Assembly: GCA_963743245.1 (NCBI GenBank)
Contig: CAVUPP010000020.1
Location: forward strand, 768,167-832,166
Origin: Vicinamibacteria bacterium
GTDB lineage: Bacteria > Acidobacteriota > Vicinamibacteria > Vicinamibacterales > JAENWD01
Length of the DNA: 64,000 nucleotides
Direction of reading: 5' to 3'
Below, in pieces: positions 58,791-64,000 of this stretch (positions are counted from its first letter, which is position 1; the number at the start of each line of letters is the position of its first letter). The position numbers and the translations under genes are program-made. A model generated the notes under the pieces. It worked only from the letters and a program-made list of their open reading frames with translations. It searched no databases and was not told the DNA's origin.

Positions 58791-59504
58791 GTGATCTTCG
58801 GGGTCGTTGCCGACATCCACGGCAATTTCGAGGCGATGCACGCCGCGATGGCACGTCATCCGGACGTGCCCTTCTGGCTGTGTGTCGGCGATCTCGCGAG
58901 CCGTGCCGGCGCGTACCCGGAGCCGATTGCGCCGCTCTACTGGATCAAAGGCAACAACGACAACTTCGACGCGATCGAGTCTTACGTGAACGGTACGCTG
59001 CACACGCCCAACCTGCACTACATTCCAAACGGGACTGCCACGCGCATCGGCGATCTGGTCGTGGCGGGCCTCGGGGGGACGTACGCGCCGAGCGTCTACG
59101 ACACGCCCGCGGCCTTGCTTCCGCGCGCCAGTGGGCGGCGTGCGAAACCTGGTGAACTTCCGCGCGACGATCGCCGACGGCATTTCGTCAGGGAAGAGGT
59201 GCAGGCGTGCCTGCGGCTGGGACATGCCGACGTGCTGCTGACACACGAAGCCGCGCGTCCGCTGCTGGTCGAACCCGAGGGTGCGCCTCCCGGCAGCCGC
59301 CGCCTGTTCGTCGGCAAGCGTCCGATCAACGAAGTTCTCGCCGCACTCCGTCCACGCCTCCATCTCTGCGGTCACCACCATCGGTTCGCGGCCATCACGG
59401 CCGAGGGTGTGCCGTCCATCTGCGTGGATCGCATCTCGCGGTCCTACCTGCTCGTGGACCGCGACACCTTTGCGTGGCAGAAGGTCGACCAGGTGGTGGC
59501 CTGA
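58791..59504 (+). CDS. Metallophosphoesterase-family protein
   Basis: Contains VVADIHGN, VGDLAS, GNND and CGHHH. It starts with GTG, and its stop codon overlaps the next gene's start (TGATG). Confidence 0.7.
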   Translation: MIFGVVADIHGNFEAMHAAMARHPDVPFWLCVGDLASRAGAYPEPIAPLYWIKGNNDNFDAIESYVNGTLHTPNLHYIPNGTATRIGDLVVAGLGGTYAPSVYDTPAALLPRASGRRAKPGELPRDDRRRHFVREEVQACLRLGHADVLLTHEAARPLLVEPEGAPPGSRRLFVGKRPINEVLAALRPRLHLCGHHHRFAAITAEGVPSICVDRISRSYLLVDRDTFAWQKVDQVVA

Positions 59505-61340
59505 TGGAACGTTTTCTCGATGCGCTCAAGCAACGCGTGCTCGTCTGCGATGGCGCGATGGGCACGATGCTCTACGCGAAGGGCGTCTTCATCAACAAGT
59601 CGTTCGATGCGCTGAACCTCACCGATCCGGTGCTCGTCGGCGACGTGCACAAGGCCTACGTCCGTGCCGGCGCCGACGTCATCGAAACGAATACGTTCGG
59701 TGCCAACCGGATCAAGCTCGCCAGCTTCGGGCTGGCGGACCGCCTGCATGACGTCAACGTCGCCGGTGCGCGGATTGCGCGCGACGCGGCGCGCCGATCG
59801 GTGTGGGTCGCCGGAGCCATCGGACCGTTGGGAATCCGCATCGAGCCGTGGGGCAAGACAGGCGTGGACGAAGCCGAGGCCTTTTTCCGGGAACAGGTCC
59901 AGGGCCTGTTGGAAGGCGGCGTGGACCTGTTCGTCCTCGAAACCTTCCGCGACCTGAACGAGATCGGCGCAGCGATGAGCGCCATCCGGTCTCTCACCGA
60001 CCTGCCCATCGTCGCGCAGATGACGACCGAAGAGGACGGGAACAGTCTCGACGGCACGTCGCCGGAGAAGTTCGCGCCCGAGCTCTCGCGCCGTGGTGCG
60101 GACGTCATCGGTCTCAACTGCAGCGTCGGGCCTGCGCCCATGCTCGAGACCCTGGAGCGGATGGGCGGCGCCGTCGAGGCGACGCTTTCGGCACAGCCCA
60201 ACGCCGGCCGTCCGCGAGACATCGAGGGGCGGACGATCTATCTGTCGTCGCCGGAATACATGGCCTCGTACGCGCGCCGGTTCGTCGCGCAGGGCGTGCG
60301 CCTCGTGGGCGGCTGCTGCGGCACCACGCCGGAACACATCCGGCAGATCAAACTCGCCGTCAACGCGCTGGCACTGTCTGGGGCCGCGGGTGGCCTTCGT
60401 ACCACGGCCGCGGTGCAGCCACGCGCGGTCGAAACACCTACGGCTCCGCCCGTGCCGCGCGCCGAGAAATCGCGACTCGCAAACGCGCTGGGCCGCGGTG
60501 TGTCCGTCCTGACGGTCGAAGTCGAGCCGCCGCGAGGTGCCGACGCCGCGGACGTCGTGGCGTACGCGCACACGCTGAAGATCCGAGGCGTAGACGCCAT
60601 CACCATCGCCGACACGCCCAAGAGCAGCGCCCGCATGAGCGCGCTGTCCCTGGCCGTACTGGTGCAGCAGCAGACTGGGATTGAGCCCACGCTGCAGTAC
60701 GCCTGCCGTGATCGCTATCTGCTGGGCATGCAGTCCGATCTGCTGGGTGCGCATGCCATTGGCATCCGGAATCTCGTGTTGTTCACGGGCGATCCGCGCA
60801 AGGTCGGGGACTATTCCGACGCGACCCTCGTGTTCGACGTGGATTCGATCGGTCTGACGAATGCGGTCGCACGGCTCAACCGCGGGTGCGATGTCGGTGG
60901 GCAGGCCATCGGCCGGCCCACGGCGTTCCACATCGGAGTCGTGGCCAATCCCACGGCTCCTGACCTGGACGACGAGCTCCGGAGGTTCGCGTACAAGGTG
61001 GAAGCCGGGGCCGAGTTTGCCGTGACTCAGCCGATCTTCGACCTGGCCGCCTTTGAGACATTCGTCGAGCGGACTTCGGATGCCCGCGATTCCAATCGTC
61101 GCGGTGGTCAGGCCATTCGATAGCCTGCGGCATGCGGAATACCTGGCCAACGAGGTTCCCAACCTGCGTGTGCCCGACGCGCTGCTCGAGCGGATGCGGC
61201 AGCCCGCGAGTCCTGAGGCCGAGGCAGCGGAAGGGGTCGCAATTGCCCAGGAGATCGCGCGCCGGTTGCGCGATCGCGCGCAGGGGGTGCAAATTGCGGG
61301 GCCTCCTGCCGCGGTGCTGGGTGTGATCGATGGCTTGTAG
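59504..61340 (+). CDS. Bifunctional homocysteine S-methyltransferase / methylenetetrahydrofolate reductase; apparent 1-nt insertion
   Basis: The Hcy-binding domain reads LVCDGAMGTMLY...IETNTFGAN...GGCCGTTPEHI. An MTHFR domain follows. ORF 61053-61340 continues the protein (..TSDA|AIPIVAVVRPFDSLRHAEYLANEVP) with a shift at about 61082-61086. Confidence 0.75.
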
Positions 61341-61353
61341 GGGATAGAAGCGT

Positions 61354-61393
61354 GGCCGGGGCGCATTCGAGGACGGTACGAATGGCCCCGGCC
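61354..61393 (+). terminator. GC-rich stem-loop downstream of the MTHFR fusion gene
   Basis: GGCCGGGGCGCATTCG-AGGACGGTA-CGAATGGCCCCGGCC gives 15 bp with one bulge. No T-tail follows. Confidence 0.45.
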
Positions 61394-61413
61394 GCCACAA
61401 CCTGATAGTCGTG

Positions 61414-61456
61414 GGGGCGGGGTCGCTCATCCCGTCATCCGGCGGCACCCCGCCCC
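61414..61456 (+). other. Second GC-rich stem-loop (perfect 10-bp stem)
   Basis: GGGGCGGGGT-N23-ACCCCGCCCC. Confidence 0.4.
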
Positions 61457-61474
61457 TGACTCATGCAAGGTTTC

Positions 61475-61503
61475 TTGTCGGGATGGGGCGGTCGGGATAT
61501 AGT
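61475..61503 (+). promoter_or_regulatory. Candidate sigma70 promoter of the methyltransferase gene
   Basis: TTGTCG-N17-TATAGT, about 40 nt upstream of the ATG at 61543, which has a GGAGAGG ribosome-binding site. Confidence 0.45.
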
Positions 61504-61542
61504 CCGAAGGGTTTTGCAGGCCCTCAGCGATCGGAGAGGTGC

Positions 61543-62247
61543 ATGGCACTGTTTCAGCAGGCAGACGGCAGTCGGGACGAGGAAGTCATCGGCGGATCCG
61601 ACGCGGCCAGCCGCGCGTTGTCGGTCATAGCAGTCGAGACCGACTTCGTCGAGGGCGTGTACGAGAAGCTCGCGTCAGTTTATGACTGGTTCTTCGGCCC
61701 GACGTTGCACGCTGGCCGCCTGCAGGCGATGCAGCGCATGGCGATCTCGCCCGGCGACCGAATCCTTGAAGTCGGCGTCGGCACCGGGATCAACCTGTCG
61801 CTGTATCCTCGCGATTGCGAGCTGACCGGCATCGACCTCTCCGACTCGATGCTCGAGAAGGCCTATGAGCGCGTCGCCGAGAAACGGATGCGTAACGTCC
61901 ACCTCCAGCAGATGGACGCCTCCCGCCTCCTGTTTCCCGACGCCTCCTTCGATATTGTCTACGCCCCGTATCTGATCAGTGTGGTCCCCGACCCCGTCCA
62001 GGTCGCCCGTGAAATGGGGCGGGTATGCCGGCCGGGCGGCCGGATCGTCATCCTCAATCACTTCCGTAGCACGAATCCGATCATGTCGTGGGGCGAGCGG
62101 CTGATTTCGCCGTTCACGATCCACATCGGATTCAAGTCAGACCTCGACCTGCCCGCCTTCCTCGCACAAGCCGATCTCCAACCTGTCTCAATCGAGAAGG
62201 TCAACATCCCGCCTATCTGGTCCCTGGTGACGTGTATCAAGGACTGA
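61543..62247 (+). CDS. Class I SAM-dependent methyltransferase (PmtA-like phospholipid N-methyltransferase candidate)
   Basis: Has the SAM motif ILEVGVGTGINL, followed by FDIVYAPYLISVVPDP...RPGGRIVILNHF. The ATG at 61543 has a ribosome-binding site. Confidence 0.7.
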   Translation: MALFQQADGSRDEEVIGGSDAASRALSVIAVETDFVEGVYEKLASVYDWFFGPTLHAGRLQAMQRMAISPGDRILEVGVGTGINLSLYPRDCELTGIDLSDSMLEKAYERVAEKRMRNVHLQQMDASRLLFPDASFDIVYAPYLISVVPDPVQVAREMGRVCRPGGRIVILNHFRSTNPIMSWGERLISPFTIHIGFKSDLDLPAFLAQADLQPVSIEKVNIPPIWSLVTCIKD

Positions 62248-62266
62248 CGAAGGCTGATCAGGTCAA

Positions 62267-62336
62267 GTGGCCAAGGGCCAGGGTAAGGCGTCCCAGCCAG
62301 CGCCCGAAAGCCTAAAGCCCAAAGCCTAGAGGCTCT
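62267..62336. repeat. Heptamer array, AAAGCCC family
   Basis: Reads GTGGCCA AGGGCCA GGGTAAG GCGTCCC AGCCAGC GCCCGAA AGCCTAA AGCCCAA AGCCTAG AGGCTCT. It contains the stop codon of the convergent GT gene. Confidence 0.85.
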
Positions 62337-63499
62337 CGACTGATGTACCGCGCGACGACTTCGGCGCCGTCGACTCGCGGGCGCTCGGGCGGGCGCGGTT
62401 GGGTCATCAGTCCGTCGAGCGGCGTCTGCCATCGGCCAGCGTACAGATCCTCGTTCGAAATGAACGCGCATCGCAGATAGCGCGGCATCTCCTGGACCAT
62501 CACGTCGTACTCGATGAACCGTCCGCGTGGCGTGTAGAGGATGGCCGTGTCGTTGGCCACGCACTCGGCAATGATGCCGTAGCCGGGTTTGGTTGCGACC
62601 ACGTCGACGGCCGCGACGAGATCCTCGTAGCGGTACCCCGCCGCGTAGATGTCCCTCTCGTCGATGAACCGCACCGTGGCGGGCAGTCGATCGCTCTCGT
62701 CATCGTCGTAGCCAGGCGCTTGCGCGGGGACTGAGACCGCCGGATCCGCTTCGCGTCGCCTGGCGCGAACGTTGGACGTCACGACGACCAGCCAGTCGTC
62801 GAGCGAGGCCATCGCACCGAGGTCGATGTCCGCCAGGCCGTAACCGCCAAACGAGGCGAGCACCAGCCGGCCTTTTGCGGGCAAACCAAAACGCGCACGC
62901 GTCTCGTCCGGGTCATGGCTGGCTCGTCTCGCGATGAACGGCACAGCGTCCACATTGGCAAAGGACTCGAACCCACCGCCGATCGGCAGGCGCATCGCGC
63001 GTCCAGCGTGCGCGTAGGCCTCCCGGATTGTCGGAACGAGGAGCGGTGCATCGCGGGCGGCCTCGTCGTACGCCGCGTAGATCCAGTCCCACGTGAAATT
63101 GCCCAGCGCGAGTGACGGGACGCCAGCTCTGGCTGCAGCCGTGAAGGCGAGCGGAGGAATGTCTCCGACGACGAGCGTCACATTCTGTTCGCGCAGAAAG
63201 CGCATCTCACCGTCCGCCCGCTCTGCAAGCGTGTCGTAGAACGCGGCCGCTCGCCGGATCGTTTCAGCGGCATCGAGCCGCAGACTGTCGATCTGGGCGA
63301 TGCCCGTGTCGCATTCGGCGGGATGCCACGCGAAGGGAGCCGTGGCTGTGAGATCGAAGAGCCATCGTGGCGCGGACGTTCGGAGGATCAGACGAACCGC
63401 CGGAGCGTGCCGGTGCAGCGTATTCAGGACCTCGATGTCACGCGATGCGTGACCGAAGCCATGGCCCGAGATGTAGAAGGCGAGCGTCGGAGCTGGCAT
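62312..63499 (-). CDS. GT-B-fold glycosyltransferase-like protein (GT1/GT28-like)
   Basis: Starts [16 protein letters not shown], a glycine-rich N-terminal motif typical of MurG/UGT-like folds. It is 395 aa. The exact family is not resolved. Confidence 0.5.
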   Translation of the reverse strand: MPAPTLAFYISGHGFGHASRDIEVLNTLHRHAPAVRLILRTSAPRWLFDLTATAPFAWHPAECDTGIAQIDSLRLDAAETIRRAAAFYDTLAERADGEMRFLREQNVTLVVGDIPPLAFTAAARAGVPSLALGNFTWDWIYAAYDEAARDAPLLVPTIREAYAHAGRAMRLPIGGGFESFANVDAVPFIARRASHDPDETRARFGLPAKGRLVLASFGGYGLADIDLGAMASLDDWLVVVTSNVRARRREADPAVSVPAQAPGYDDDESDRLPATVRFIDERDIYAAGYRYEDLVAAVDVVATKPGYGIIAECVANDTAILYTPRGRFIEYDVMVQEMPRYLRCAFISNEDLYAGRWQTPLDGLMTQPRPPERPRVDGAEVVARYISREPLGFGL

Positions 63500-63511
63500 C
63501 GCGGCCGTGCG

Positions 63512-64000
63512 TCACGCTTCTTGGGCAGTTGCGGCTCGAGCATGCGCGCCCGGCAGGGCCACATTCAGGACGTCTTCCAACGTCTCCGCCGGCACGAAGT
63601 GCATGTCGCGGCGGACCTCGGGCGCGAGGTCATCGAGATCCGGCACGTTGAGCGCGGGCAGCACGATTGTGTGGACGCCGAGGCGCCGAGCCGCCAGCAC
63701 CTTCTCGCGGATCCCCCCACCGGCAGCACGAGGCCCGTGAGCGTGATCTCGCCCGTCATCGCGACGTCCTCTTTGGTGGGCTCGTGGCGGACGGCGGAGA
63801 GGATCGCAGTCGCCATCGTGACGCCCGCCGACGGACCGTCCTTCGGAATCGCGCCGGCCGGAACGTGAATGTGCAGATCGTGTCCGTCGAGAAAGTTCGC
63901 GGGGATGCCGAACGCACTCGCGTGCGCGCGGATGTGGCTGACGGCCGCGCGCGCTGATTCCTGCATCACGCTGCCCAGCTGCCCCGTCAGGATGATCTGG
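63512..64000 (-). CDS. lon: Lon protease, C-terminal S16 domain only (5' end outside window); apparent 1-nt deletion
   Basis: Contains [16 protein letters not shown] and [14 protein letters not shown] (the catalytic Ser). LPVGG|[13 protein letters not shown] requires one more G in the C6 run at 63713-63718. Confidence 0.85.
   Translation of the reverse strand, partial: PDHPDGAAGQRDAGISARGRQPHPRARECVRHPRELSRRTRSAHSRSGRRDSEGRSVGGRHDGDCDPLRRPPRAHQRGRRDDGRDHAHGPRAAGGGIREKVLAARRLGVHTIVLPALNVPDLDDLAPEVRRDMHFVPAETLEDVLNVALPGAHARAATAQEA

Noticed and set aside
2284-61086. Programmed +1 frameshifting with a common 'skip one C' signal (TAC C TGG, GGT C GAG, GGG C ACG, GCC C GCG, CAT C CTG and others)
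   Set aside because: In most cases the exact shift point is ambiguous over several nucleotides. C is very frequent here. At least one site (30866-30875) cannot use a skipped C. I saw no shared flanking motif or stimulatory structure. Insertion-type assembly error explains the data more simply. The issue is kept as a check under the frameshift finding.

Overview
This is a high-GC bacterial chromosomal segment. Its gene content points, by inference, to an Acidobacteriota-like organism: four TIGR03436-type VWFA proteins, two CarboxypepD_reg/TonB-dependent-receptor-like outer-membrane proteins, DUF1080, and a wHTH-TolB-propeller regulator. I support 47 protein-coding genes (2 cut by the window edges) and one tRNA-Leu(CAA). 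I saw no rRNA, CRISPR, transposase, integrase or phage genes.

The genes are mostly housekeeping and envelope functions:
- Sugar and cofactor metabolism: a GHMP kinase with galE, an IorAB-like molybdo-oxidoreductase, moaC, and a homocysteine-methyltransferase/MTHFR fusion.
- Transport: MFS, a Kef-type antiporter, an APC permease, OPT and a CDF transporter.
- Lipid metabolism: an Aas-like tri-domain enzyme, plsC and a PmtA-like methyltransferase.
- Regulation: carD, rex, and a LytS/LytTR two-component pair.
- Other housekeeping: lepB, an orphan nuoI, and lon.

Two observations stand out, and neither is a gene:
1. Nearly every larger intergenic spacer holds a degenerate short-tandem-repeat array, mostly with a 7-nt period. 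The arrays fall into a few word families that recur in both orientations. Some form long hairpins, some supply stop codons, and one pair brackets a four-helix-bundle (23S-IVS/Avd-like) gene. This resembles cyanobacterial STRR elements, and I do not know of a description for this kind of genome.
2. At least 14 apparent frameshifts interrupt 12 otherwise intact genes, and 13 of the 14 behave as 1-nt insertions. Assembly indel error is the most likely cause, but that should be checked.

Other notable loci:
- A three-gene tandem VWFA array with a recent 2.3-kb duplication and duplicated promoters.
- An OMP-VWFA operon.
- An XRE regulator divergent from a GH18/CE4/GT2 fusion synthase.
- A Kef antiporter with a zf-UBP domain.
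- Overlapping divergent TACAAT promoters between rex and the OPT transporter.

All protein-family calls come from reading motifs by eye; no database search was possible. The ORF track uses GTG starts, and I adjusted several start codons.
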